Origin: Lytechinus pictus
Lineage: Eukaryota
Direction: 5' to 3'
Length of the DNA stretch: 64,000 nucleotides
Assembly (NCBI RefSeq): GCF_037042905.1
Contig: NC_087255.1
Coordinates: forward strand, 12,028,001 to 12,092,000
Shown piece by piece: positions 51,025 through 64,000 of this stretch (positions are counted from its first letter, which is position 1; each line of letters starts with the position of its first letter). The notes beneath the pieces were generated by a model. That model had not been told where the DNA came from, searched no databases, and saw only the letters and a list, made by a program, of their open reading frames with translations. Position numbers and translations under genes: made by a program.

Positions 51025-51182
51025 TAAGGTGAATGGGTACCCGGCAGGATTATTTCCTTGAATGCATGAGCGCCGAAAGGCAGCTCGAGCTAAAGCCGGG
51101 GTAAAAACGATAAAAACAACGTGCTTCGGAATAGAATATTTCTAGATAGATGGCACTATATAAATGCCTATTATAATTATTG
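51025..51182 (+). mobile_element. 3' half of a SINE
   Basis: AGGTGAATGGGTACCCGGCAGG..GCTCGAGCTAAAGCCGGGGTAA followed by a distinct tail and TATT repeats. Confidence 0.8.
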
Positions 51183-54100
51183 GCAGTAGACAAATTGGCA
51201 ATTTACCCTTTTCCCTCCCCTTTGTGTCTATATCTGTCTCCCTCTTTCTCTCCCTCTCTCTCTTCCACAACCTCTTTCTCTCCTCTCTCTGTCTTTCCTC
51301 TTTCCATCCCTCTCCATCTCCCTTCATCTCTCTTCCCTGTATTTCCCTCTCCCTTTCTAGCCACCTTTTTCTCCCATTTTATCAATATTTTGTTTTCCAC
51401 ATCAGATAAAAAGAAATATAACAGAAAAAAAGTATACAAAAAACATATATAGACAGAGATTCAGAGGATAGCCCACTTCACCAATGTTGAAAGAGCATTT
51501 CTATTCTCCCTTGGGGGTCCTTAAATAACAATTTGATAAAGAAACTTTTCCCCCACCTCCCGTTGTTCAAAGTGAGGACCATATGTCTGTCTGTCTATTG
51601 TTCAATCAACGTATTTTGATGTTCCCTCTTTCTTTTATTCTCTTTCCCTTTCTCAATGTCTCCTGCATCGTCTTTGAAAGAGAAAGAAACAAAAATTGTT
51701 TTTCAGTTCTAATACATTTTAGCTGCATGTGCAATCAAACTTGAATAGAATTACCTGAAGGCTGAAACTTATCCATCAGTGGTTATTTGAGATTTTATGT
51801 TTTCTTGTTTATTCCAAGTTGAAAAGGTGATTTGGGAAAAATCATTTATAAGATAAATTAGTACTTATATCTTCTGAATGGTGCAAGATGGTGATTTTGA
51901 TAACTATCAGTTGCCAAATATGTAAGAAATACATGCTGTAGCATATTAAAAAAACATCCGTTTTGATAAGTTTTCAACACAATATTGTGATGCAAGTAAT
52001 TTTTAATTCAGACACCTAAAGGGTTTTCATAGGATTATGTTCATATCCTAATCATTTTTTAGCTATTAGGGGTAAAGTATGGAGACCCCCTCCCCCCCCC
52101 CTCTCCTCTCTGTCATTAGTAGGGGCCACTACATGACCGATCTATCAAGTTCAAAAATATCCTTCACAGTTTTCATATTTGCTCCATTACACCTTAACAC
52201 CATGTTAACACCGATCTTTAGTATAATTGTTCACTCATCTTTAATGAAATAGTAATTGCATCAATTAATTATTTTTGATTTTTTTTATTACTTTGAGAAC
52301 GCAGACCTGGATTGATGTTTGTTAACTTTAAAAAGTAAGATTACTCTAAACATTCTCCGAATATAGTTATCAAAATGCTTTGATTTCTCTGAACCAATGG
52401 GTTTATTCACAGATCAGCATAATTGGGTCCATTTCAAAATGTTCATTCAAAATTCATTCCCTACTTTTAAACTTATGCATTAATAAGTTTCAAATATGCA
52501 AGATCGTATTTTTTTCTATTCTTCATTAAGATCCTTTAAAATATATTTTTTATTATTCATCATATTGCAGTGGACAGTGTTTAATATTCTGCAATTAATC
52601 AGATTTTTCCTATCAGTCCAGCTAAGATGGCTGCTTTAATATTGCATACGCTATATCGGACACTGTCCCTGCATAGAAAAACAAAACAATAAATTATTCA
52701 AAAAATGGAAGGCCCTCTCGTATTGTCAACGCCTGCCTGTCTATCCAAGTGTGTAAGCTGTGTTAGGTTAACGCCTCGTAAAAAGTCCTTGTTATTTCGT
52801 TTGTTTTCATAAAACTGCTCTCAGAGATCTGCAGAACATTTATGGTGTACTAGTATCATATGTAGTGTCAGTGACCGCCGATTCCCCTTTTGGATTTTAA
52901 TATACATGTAAGTTCTACCAAGGAAGGATAACGTGCTTGACTTCGATTGAACTCTTTTCTTTTTTATGGGAGAGTATAACTTCTGAATGTTATGTAGCAC
53001 ATGGGATTTGTATAATGACTTTTGTTATTACGTTATTTGAAAGTATTTAAGTGCTAAATATTGAATGCATTTCTTATGCATTTATTTTATGCATTCAATC
53101 GTTATTTTTTTTTAATTAATTGTTCGATGTAATTTGAGCTAGGAGCTAAGTATTATGCATTTTATTCACACATCTTTCGAAGCATGCTACATGCCCATCT
53201 GTGCTCACTTTCTTCTCTTCATTCTCACCATCCATTAAGTCTTTTTTTTTCTTTTTCCCTCTTACCCCCTTGTCATTCCTCCCCCTTAGTTCTAATTGTC
53301 ATTGGTAATAATTACTGTGCTTATGGAACACCCTTGATAAGCAACTGGCGCTTTTGTTTGGTATCCCCCATATTCAATTCAATCACTAAAAATCCTCAAG
53401 CAATAAGACTGGAATACGAAAACAAATAGTTCTTGCAAGAACACATTCTTTATACACATTTATAAATACTTATTTTCTCTATTTCCGATATGCTTGTCTC
53501 TCTACAATTGTTCTGCTGTCTGACTACCCCCCCCCCCCCCACCTAACCTCCCCCTCTCTCTACCCCCCTCTTTCTCTCTCTCTCTTTCTTTCTCTATCTT
53601 CTACTTTCCATGCTTATTTCATAGAGCTATTGCTTATTTCATTAAAGAACCCAAATGCTTGACCACATGGTGCGTCCTTGCACCCCCTTCTCAACCTATT
53701 TCTTGTGTCGGGGTTTGTAAGATGGGGTTCATTCTGTATTTTCCTCCCATTATTGTGCCTGCTATCTGGTGGAGACAGTTCAATGGGCTCTGTTGATTTA
53801 TCATTCAATCATGAATATAATGGGAAGACTTACTGGTTGTACTCGTTTGTAATTAGATATGCCTCATCTGTTCTCTAGTTCTGGGTTGTGTTGAGATTTG
53901 TTGTTGTATATTGTTTGTAAGCCCCTCAGTTTCATGATGATTTTTCTTTTAAATTTTGCAGCCAGGAAAGCTGAATTACCATTGAATTTACATTCTATAC
54001 ATTTGAATTGCACATATGCATTAGGGAATTTTGATTACAATAATACTACTAATTTGAATTCACTGTAATGATACAAATTTCAAGTGACAATTCCAATTCG

Positions 54101-56372
54101 TAATACTAATTTCAGTTAACAATTCACAATACCATTTCAATATACAGTAACAATTTTATTAAACAATAAATATGATTATGATACATATGTTGAGTGTGTA
54201 GAAAATTAGAAACTGGATATTATAGTCATCAAGATTGTTGTGGGTGGTGTCAGAAGTGCTAAAGAAAAAGTGATGATGGAGACGGTCAGTGATAAGTAAA
54301 TAAAGCTGTGTCAAAGAATTTTTTCAAAAATTATTTTTAAAAAGAAGTACAAGTGATGCAAGATGTGATTCTTCTGAGAGTGAAATTATTCATGGATATG
54401 AGTGGAAATTTCACTCTTCAGGGAACTCAAGAACATTATCACCCTGATATAGTTCATTTTTAAAATCTTTAATTAGGGAATGAATAAGGGGAAAATCCGA
54501 ATAGTTTTCATGAATAATTATTTAGATAGATTTAAAAGACTGTTATTAAACCAATTGATCCAATTGGTTTAGAAATTAATAAAAGTGATGTAATTAGCTC
54601 TTAGTATTTTAACTTTTACATGAATAAGAATCATTTCCTCTGTGTGATATTCTCATGAAATTTTACCCAAACCAATAGTTTTTTAAAGGAGATTTCCTTT
54701 TCATTCTCTTCTGGGTTCTCCTTTTCTCCCCCCCCCCCCTCCCTTCAAAGATTTCAAAAGTTCCATCAATTCTTTCCTGATTAGAATATAATATGTGCAA
54801 ATATCTGAGAGGGAGATGTATGAAATTGATACCTTGATCGGGATAGAATGGCAAGAAATGTTGGTTATAAAATCTGCCTGTATGTCTGTATTTGACTTTG
54901 CCCCTAGCTGCGCTGTAAAGTCCCTACCATAGCCCATTAACCCTCAGATGTAGAGAGTACCCTGATCAAATCGCAGCCGATAGTAATACACCTGGAGGCC
55001 TTTGCACGCAGCGTTGCTAACCACATGCACGTACACGGCCCCCAATTCGTCACCCTCTTATGGCTTAGACTCCGGCATATGTACACGCCACCGCTCGAGT
55101 CTGCCCGCGAAATGGAAGGCATCCCTCTTCCCTCACCTTGCATCTAAATAATAGCTCAATGTCTGTGACAATGGGAGATTAGTAGCCCACCCCGCCCTCC
55201 TCCATCTCTTTCTCACGACGACGAAGAAACCCTAATAAGCTTCCCAGCCTGCATCCAAAATTCAAGTGCCCATTAGATGTCCCTCCAGCCCATTTAGAAC
55301 ACCGAGAAGTGTCAGAAATGAGACGGGGGCGATGGAAGGACCTAAAGAGGGGCCTCCCCGCCTCTATCATCCCTGCATCCAGTTTGGTGAACTCCTTTCC
55401 AGGTCAAACATGATTATATATAATTCTTGTAGCATTTGTGGTCTTTCCCTTTAGCAGGCATTTAGCTGGGTCAAGTGGACGCTGTATCTTGGTATAGATG
55501 ATAGTATTTATGGGACGGACTGGGTTTCATCTCCCACCCATCGAGAAGGAATATTTTGTGACACTTAGGGACACCTTACACACTTCATGCGCTCCACCTT
55601 TTAGAGTGACAGGTTTTATGATTGCTCTTATTCCTATATTCTCTCTCGCTCTATCTCTCTCTTCCTTTCCTTTTTCTCTCGCTTTTGTCTTTGTCTTATT
55701 TTTTGTATCATAACGCACTCATGATCCTGTTTAATTCTTTTTGCCAATTTCCTGTCATTTAGTCATTCCCTATATTTCTTTTACTCCTATGTTTTTCTTT
55801 TTTTTTCTTGCTGACTTTTTAGCTGCCAGTCCACATAATTTCTGTTACTCTTTCATCCTTTCTCTCTCATTCTTCTTTTATTATATTCATACCTTGTTTC
55901 TCTCTCTCTCTCTTGTCTCCATTTATAAGTACCAAGAAAGAGAGAAAGAAAATTAAACATTTGAAATTATATAGAATGGAATATGTACAGTATATATATT
56001 TATGTTTCTTAATACTTTGAATTACTTGCAACGACTCAATACCATTATCTATTCTGTTATTTGGACATAGTGTTTCGCCTTCTTTTCTGATTCATCGTTT
56101 TACCTCTTCTTATCCATTTTTCCCCAGTGCCTCATGAAGTGAAATCTAACCTATGTTTTGCTACGATCAGCTCTGATCAAGACCAAGTCATAGTTGTATT
56201 TAAGTTATCATGTGAAGTGATGAGCTATGTGTCATCGTCTATGAGTTGGGTCAAGTGACCCACAATGCATCATGTTATCATGGTAACCATGCAGAGGATA
56301 GTCAGTCTTGTTGGGTGTAATAGTTCTCGAGCCAGTCCTTGACGTATCTCTCTATGTAACGATCAGATAACA

Positions 56373-56512
56373 TGGGGGGGGGGCATTTCACAAAGTAATC
56401 TGTGATTTTGAATGATGACTGTGATAGGCTACTGAATTCCTTGCTTCTGATTGGCTAAAGCAAGTTTATGTATTGGAAGTTACCGTCAAGATACTTTATG
56501 AAAGGCTCCCCA
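56373..56512. mobile_element. Degenerate CWG-type MITE
   Basis: GGGGCATTTCACAAAGTA / TACTTTATGAAAGGCTCC; internal GATTGGCT. Confidence 0.6.
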
Positions 56513-59500
56513 GTTATACCTTTATGATTGCTCAGCAGGCCCTTGATTCTTACCTATTCTTTTTTTTTCTTTTTTCCCCTTTTTTCTCTTTTTATTAAAC
56601 ACAATACTTGCCCAGGTTTTAGTGTTGGATGTGTTTGATTTAGATTTACTACTGTACTTTGTATTTGTCATATTGGTGTTTAAGTCCAATACTGCGGTGT
56701 TGTATATCCTTGAATATTCTGTGTTCATGTGTAGATTTTTTTTTTTTGGAATAAACTTTGTTGATTGATAATTTTGTGTTTTTGTTTTGAAATATTTTTA
56801 CTCCAATTATTTCCAAGACTTTTATTTCATTTAGATAATCTTAGAATTCTATCTCATGATAAATCGTGTGATAATGCATCATACAATATGATGATGCATT
56901 CACCATCACAATGTACCTAACAATATTACTAAGAACAGGATTTGACTTAACTCAAGGTTGCATCATGTCGCCATTTTTCTTCTTTCTCTCTGTCGCTCTC
57001 CCTCTCTCAGTGATTGGGATATTGGTGTTTTCTAACAGTGTTTTTTAAAAGTTACTCATAAACTTAGTTTATAAAGATCCATTTACAAGGCAACACTGAA
57101 GCCAAGATGTCTCTGAGTACTGTGATGGAATAACTTTTTTTCTTCAAATATTAACCTGAAATTGTGACAATGATCGATCTTTGATTCTTGTTTTTTAGAT
57201 AAGGCTTTGGCGTGAGCTTCAAAGAATGAAGATTTTGATAAGGCTCCGCTCTATAAAACGCTATCACGAGACAGATAAGTGCCCCATGAAGCACACTACT
57301 TCGGTACATCAACCAGATAGAGGGGAATGGGTAAAAATACAGTATAAACTGGCCGCCCGGCTATGCTCATTCGTCAATGTCGGGTTCGCGTCGCCATCGT
57401 CCCACCGCACGTCGTCTGAAGATCCTACATCACACCGAAACAAAAGGGAGATAAAATTGGAGCAAATCTGAGTGATCACAAAAAGGGGGGGACAGTTTTA
57501 TAGGGTAAGTGGTGTGCTTGCCATCGGCGAGGGCATGAATGATAATGGGAGAGGGATGAAGAAGAAGATGATGATGATGATGAATAAATGACCGTGATTC
57601 GCCACGAGGGGAAGAGACCTGCTTTTGTCGTTTGTCGTTGTCGGCCAGCCACAACGCTGGACTCTCAGCCTCTCTCTTTGGGACTTCCTGTACACAAAAG
57701 TGAAAGATAACGAGGTCTAATTGACACATGCGCGCTGGGGTAATATTGATGCAGTAAGATGCGCATTTAGGCACCAACCTCAGATGGATGGGAGCGCAAT
57801 GAAAGCACTGTTAACATACAAGCTTTCTAGTGCTCAGCAAACTCTCTTTGGCACCCCAGTCTTGCTTCAATCATTTTATCTTAGTTTCCGTCTTCCTTTT
57901 CTTCTCTCTTGTTTCGTCTGCTCTATTTGTCATAACCCTCGTTCATTGTGTAATGTAACAGAACGTGTTTTATGAGACGCTGATACTGAATCAACAAAGT
58001 AGTTACCAATTCAATCGATCGTTCTTTACTACATTGCAAACACTTCATTATACTTTTTTTCTTCTTCTCCATCTCTGACAATCTGATATGGCTCCAGCCT
58101 TAAAATGTAAACAGTTTTTTCCTTTAATATATATTTCTATTTCATTACAATGAATGATGTTATGATTCCCATCTAGAAATAACCTAGGTTGTACAATAAG
58201 AATTGATTTTGAAACTTAAAACATGAATTATTTCCTTTGAATTACCTTTTGCTCAAAATCTTCACCTTCCTCTTCTATTTGTATTATGTATTCCTGCTTA
58301 TCAACTTTTGAATAATTATGATTTCTATATTTGATTGTCTCAAAAGGAATTATTCTTGGTTTTGTAATAATAAAATCTAAATTTTAAGCAAAAGACATGT
58401 CAGAATTTTATGATTGCTTATCTTTTTTTTATTCCAGAAATATGTGTAGGCCTATCATCTTGACCTAGTCATATAGAAGTGACTATTATACCAGTTTTGC
58501 CATCCAATGCTAACTACCATGGCAACAGTTTTCACCAGCCAATCAGAATCAAGAATTTCATGTTAGTTACCATTGGATGGCAAAGTTGTCATACACAGTA
58601 AACATCGCTGCTTAAAGTGATTATACAACGCCGTTTACTATATGAACTTTACAATAGTTATTTAACAGTCTAAACAAGTGTTTATAATCTTAAACAACAT
58701 GTAGTTAAATTGTTGATAATCTACAGTAAATTAAGCATGTTTATTTATAGCAGTTGTTTAACATTTTAAAATCTTGTTTAAAATTGTAAACAACAAAGTG
58801 TTAGTTTGAATATTTAATCTTCAGTAAACCAAGCATGGTTGTTTAAACTATAAAACAACTATAATACTGTAAATTTCATATACAGCATGGTATAAATTCC
58901 TTAACAGCATTTTTACTGTGTGATAGTAACTTTGATGCAACTGGGTCCTCGTGGTGTGGAATATATTCTTTCCCTTTGACACAGATCTCGTGGTGGACTA
59001 TTCCTTGCTGATTGGAGACGCAGCAATCGGCAATCAATGTAAATGATGGATATGTTAAGACAACCCCGTTTAATCCATTTGTCAATGAGCGTAGCGTTTA
59101 AGTCACCTGTCCAGGTGGACTGGGGCTTGCCTCTCTCTATCTCTTTCTCTTTCTTTCTCTCTCTGTCTTCTACCATCACACACACACACACACATTCTCT
59201 CTCTTTCTTTCTCTCATTACTCTCTTCTCTCCCCCCACACACTCTCCCCATCTCTCTCTTATACCATTGTACCCCATCTAGACCTCTAAGAATCTCTCCC
59301 CATTGCAACTCTTGGGGCAGAAGCTGGACCAATACTCTCTGTTACAAAACTATTTCTGTCAAATCCATATTCATGCCAGAAGGCATCTTCATCATTTCCT
59401 TAGATATTTTGTAATAGATGTAGGTTTCCAGCTATTGCATATGACAACCATACAAAAGTATTATAAGAGGCTAGTTGCTCCCCTTTCTGTCTTTTTTTTT

Positions 59501-61106
59501 TTGCTGTTATTCTTTGTATGTTCTCATGTTTGTTTGAATGATATACTTCTATACAACAGTTTCAGATTTGTTACCAATGTTTATGTCGTTTGGTTTGCAA
59601 ATTCCGATCTGAGCAGGTCTCCTTGCTTGTAATGAATTCTCCCTCGAATCCTTTCAATCACTCCCAAATTCTTTACTTGAAGCTCTTGTCCTATTCTTCA
59701 TGATGTAACATCATGAAATCTCTTTTCTTGCCCGTTGAATTTCCCATGGAATAATTGCTCAAAGATGGATTCAAGAGCGAAAGAAGAGGACACTGCCTTC
59801 ATTCGACTGAACTCTTTTTTTTTCATCCTCTCTACTTTAGGTCTATTAGAATACCATAAATACTGTATAAGATCTCCATAAAAGCGTTCATCATCCATAT
59901 TCCCTTAATCCTCTGCAGGGTCTTTACGTAGTCGAGGTGGGACAATTTAGTTTGGCAATTCCATCTTTTCTGTCATGTGTTGAATTATTCCACGGTTGTT
60001 TCATTTCTTCCATCTTCCATCCATAATTCAAGCGGGGAAAGTAAATAAACATAAAGCATGGATATCAAGTGACTTTTGATGGCCCTTCAAGTCCGCCAAA
60101 AACCGTTTGAATAATTTACCGCCGCTTCTTCTTTCCCCCACCGTCCCACTTCCTCCAGAAACCCAAAACTTTCTCTCCGAGTAGCTTCTCTATGACATCC
60201 TACACCCCTCATTCTAATTCTATAATACTTAAAAAACAACTCATTGCTTTGACTTTATAATATGAATTCTCTAATACATTTTCTCCTTCTGTATCTGTAA
60301 TTATTCTATCGCTTTTGTGGGAAGGCACTGTTTAATACCTTTTTTTTGGGGGGGGGTATTAAGAAACGGATTCTATTATTTGTAATGATTGGTAATTCCT
60401 TCAAGAAATTCATTTCAAAGTATGACAATTTTATTTAAAAAATTAGAAAATCAAGATGAAAATGGATGTGAATGTTATCTGTTGGATATGTTTTGTTTTA
60501 ATATGAAAAAAAAATCTTTATTCGTTTATTCAACTTTTTATGTTTAACTGTTACTAGTAACTATCAATGTTGAGCTATTGCCAAGGCCAGTAGAAGCGTT
60601 TGAGTATGATTAGGTTGATATAAAAGTTTGCTCATGGATATACCTTTTTATCTCTTTCTCTCTTTCTCTCTCCTCTCTTACAAAATGAGTTCATCAGTTT
60701 TGACCATGAGTTGCCATCTTTCTATCCCCCCATCCCCCCCGGTCTCTTCTCTCTCCTCTTTCTCTCCCACTCTCTCCCTCTTTTCATTCATCTTTCTCTC
60801 TCTCCCTCTCTTCCCCCTCTCCCATTTGTCTTATATCCAACCATTAATTTCTCCATTAAGAGAAAATAAAAAAGATGCATGAGCATGAATGCATTGACAG
60901 TTTTCATACCTCTGGTCTTCACCCGTCAATGATGTAAAAGTCTCTCTACAAAAAAAAAACGACCTTTCTGAAAATTGAGCCATGTATCGACTTGGATGGA
61001 AATACAGTCATTTAAGTGAAGTGCCAAAAGTGTCCAGTGGTTCATTTTCTGATGCACAATGCAAGGTTGACTGAACCTGCCAATCTTCCTGCGCTTCTCC
61101 TCTTAA

Positions 61107-61711
61107 AGGGATGGTCCGGGCTGAAGATATTTATATCTAAATAAATAGAGTAAAATTCACAGAGCAAAATGCTGAAAATTTCATCAAAATCGGATAACAA
61201 ATAACGAAGTTATCGAATTCTAAAGTTCATCAATATTTTGTGCAAACGGTTATATGCACATCGTCATGAATATTCATTAGGTGGGCGGATGATGTCACAT
61301 CCCCACTTTTCTTTTTTTTTAATGTTATTACATGAAATCATAAATGTTTCTTTTTTTCATACATGTGTAAATGATGTGTCTCCATAATGATGAAATAAGT
61401 TGCAGCAATAAATAACTAATGCACTTAATCAGTTGTCAATCCATTTGTTTTAGTTCTTAGTAGAAAATTTTTGAATGAACATAATTTCATATAATAAAAT
61501 GCAAAAGAACAAGTGGGGATATGACATCATCAGCCCACCTAATGAATATTCATGAAGACATGCCTAGAAGTGTTTCACCGGAATAATGCAAATTTTAACA
61601 ATTCAATAACTTTTTATTTGTTATCCAATTTTAATCAAATTTTCAGCATTTTGCTCTGTGAATTTTACTCTATTTATTGAGATAGAAATATCTCCAGCCT
61701 GGACCATCCCT
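61107..61711. mobile_element. 605-bp TTAA-flanked MITE with ~200-bp TIRs (Kolobok-like)
   Basis: TTAA|AGGGATGGTCC.GGCTG ... CAGCCTGGACCATCCCT|TTAA; the arms stay complementary through GAATATTCATTAGGTGGGC. Confidence 0.9.
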
Positions 61712-62421
61712 TTAAATACATGGGAGATATACCAACCAGCCGGTGGCGGATGAGGAGAGGAATCGACTCAGATGAACCTGGTTTCACAAAGAACTAGTTC
61801 TTTGAGGTCATAGAAAGGGCATCTCTCTTTTATCTGATTTGTCAAGTTAGGAATGCATTTAATTAGTGAATAAATATATTTTTCTTTTTCTCTAATGCTT
61901 ATTCATTACATCGTTATGTATATTGGTTATGTGGACTTCATGAATAAATTTAAAATTGAAATGAAATTATCTATCAGAAAATGATACAAATCCTCTAGTA
62001 AAAAAAAAAATCATCAACAAAATGTTGCATATTTAGTACATTCAAATATAGACTGAACTTATTTCACAGACCAATAAAGGGGTATGCTCTCTGTGCAATA
62101 AGTGATCCAATTCAAATTGAAGTACAAATGAACAAGCAAAAACACTTAATAATTTCATCAATTATAAAATTAGTTGAAAATGACAAAGTGTGTATGTTTG
62201 AAGATTTGAATTATTTTGGTCAAACAGTTCTTTCCATTAGCAAGTTTTTGCAACCACTACTCAGTCGCTTTCTGGAACATTGAGAATCTATTGAAAATGC
62301 CTCTCCAATCACAATAAACAGGTTAGAGATCATTGTCGAAAATTGGTGAACTGGGACAACAGATCGTCCTAAAATTCGGAGCTGGCAAAAATTGCAAATA
62401 TGTGGTTTGTCCAGAGTCCAG

Positions 62422-62694
62422 GGCCCCGTTGTACCCATAGAGTTACGATTGATCCAATCAATCGCAACTATGGAAAGCCAGCAAAGTCAACATATGAAAT
62501 GCATGTTTGTTCCAAAATAATTCTAGATATGAATGCATATCCATAAATTCATTGATTTCTTGACAATTTGGTGTGTTCTCCTTTGTTTACAAAGGACATT
62601 TTGCAAATTTCCTGTAGAAAAAATTATGACACTGATGGATTTCCATAGAGTTACGATTGATCGGATCAATCGTAACTCTTTGTACAACGGGGCC
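62422..62694. mobile_element. 273-bp CWG-flanked MITE (inverted copy of 10652-10922)
   Basis: CAG|GGCCCCGTTGTAC ... GTACAACGGGGCC|CAG. Confidence 0.88.
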
Positions 62695-63129
62695 CAGGAC
62701 GACACTGCTATTTCGATTCACCGATTTTTGACAAAGGCTGCTTTGTCATGAAGGGCTTTTAATAGATTCTCAATGTTCCAGAGAGCATTTGAGTAGTATT
62801 TGCGAAAACTCCTTATTATCTTCATAAATATGCATTGAGCAAGCATCTCCATTCATGTGAGTGAAAATAATACTGGACCAATCAGAGTGTTGTTTGTGAA
62901 AACGGGTCTGTGGCAAACTTGTGTATTTCAGTAGGCCATTGGCCTTGCAATTATTAACCTATTTACCTCAGCTACACACTTGAACAGTCTCCAGAGAAAA
63001 CACCTTTCAATAGGCCTATATCCAATCTTGTCAATAACATTTTCCCTCCCCCCTCTTTCCATCTGTCTGTCTGTCTCTCTCATTTGGTCTCTTTCTATTT
63101 GTTTGTTTCTGTTTCTCTTTGTATGAAGA

Positions 63130-63372
63130 TATGAAATAAATATTATTTCATATAATAACATAAGTAAAAGGAAAGCAGGGACATTACATCATCAGCCCAC
63201 CTAATGAATATTCATGACAACATGCATAGAACTGTTTTCACAAAATATTGCTAAATTTCAAAATGCAATTTGTTCTTAGTTATCAGAATTTTATGATATT
63301 TTGGCATTTTGCTTGGTGAAGTTACTCTGTGTGTTTTGGGTCAATTTATTTTCGGCCCGGGAACCCCTTTAA
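63130..63372. mobile_element. Right arm of an older copy of the 61107 MITE family
   Basis: CATCATCAGCCCACCTAATGAATATTCATGA ... GAACCCCT|TTAA. Confidence 0.75.
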
Positions 63373-64000
63373 GGTATCACATATTCATTTCCAGAGGATT
63401 ATCTAAAATGTTATAAGCCAATCAACATTCCTTTTCTTTCTGATACACCTTTTTACTTCTCCTCATTTTTTTTTCGTAAAAGAAACAATCTGATTCTTTG
63501 ACTCACTTAGTAATCTGTCCATTCTGTAACACCTCACTTTTGTCTTCTTAAAAACGGAAAACCTTTTGAATTATTCATTACAGAGTACACTTGAGTGTGA
63601 GAGCTCGTCTCTGAAATACTTGCCCATGTAGTCTGGAGTCCTCTTCATATATTCTTTTTTTTTTCTTCAGTGCTAGAAAACTTGTTGCATTTTCTACCTT
63701 ACTTTATCTGCAGGTGGTTTCTTGGAAAAGGTTTTCCCCCACCTTTTTTAGTAGATGTCTTTTGATCGAGATGAGCAAAGCAGTTGTTTTTGTAAAGATA
63801 CATTTCTTTATAAACCAGTGGGATTTTGATTTTCTGTCTTCAAAATATATGATTCTTTCCAACCATTTTACAGATTTTTTCAAGTTAAAGATAAACGCAA
63901 ACTTTGAAACAGATGTTGTAAAGCCAAAAACAGGCAAATCTTGTACAAGGAATATTTTTTTAATTTATTTCAATTTAATATTTCAAAAACACATTAAATA

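Noticed and set aside
57199-57504. 306-nt plus-strand coding exon
   Set aside because: The longest frame stops at 57471, before the donor, and no homology is recognised; at most a non-coding exon.

Overview
This is animal genomic DNA, AT-rich and almost entirely non-coding (large intron or intergenic). The repeat families (tRNA-headed SINEs with ATT tails, HINE/Tsp-type elements, TTAA-, TWA- and CWG-flanked MITEs) look like those of a sea urchin or other echinoderm; that assignment is inferred from repeat style only. The only clear protein-coding sequence is a 5'-truncated but uninterrupted L2/CR1-group LINE reverse transcriptase (41773-43467, minus strand). The rest is three tandem arrays (127-, 26- and about 57-bp units), roughly 25 non-autonomous DNA transposons, about 9 SINEs, microsatellites and one 344-N assembly gap. 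There are no prokaryotic features or CRISPR arrays, and I cannot claim a new enzymatic system. The best unexplained signals are: (i) a twice-occurring ~95-bp module (6223-6316 and 10081-10176) with five conserved motifs but diverged spacers; (ii) dense CAGGTG E-box clusters; (iii) CWG-flanked MITEs whose two flanks often differ, so they are not simple target duplications; (iv) SINEs with a shared body and swapped tails, one matching the LINE in this window; (v) two candidate exons (24072-24105 plus; 27639-27899 minus). Coordinates were counted by eye; ends without a TSD are approximate.
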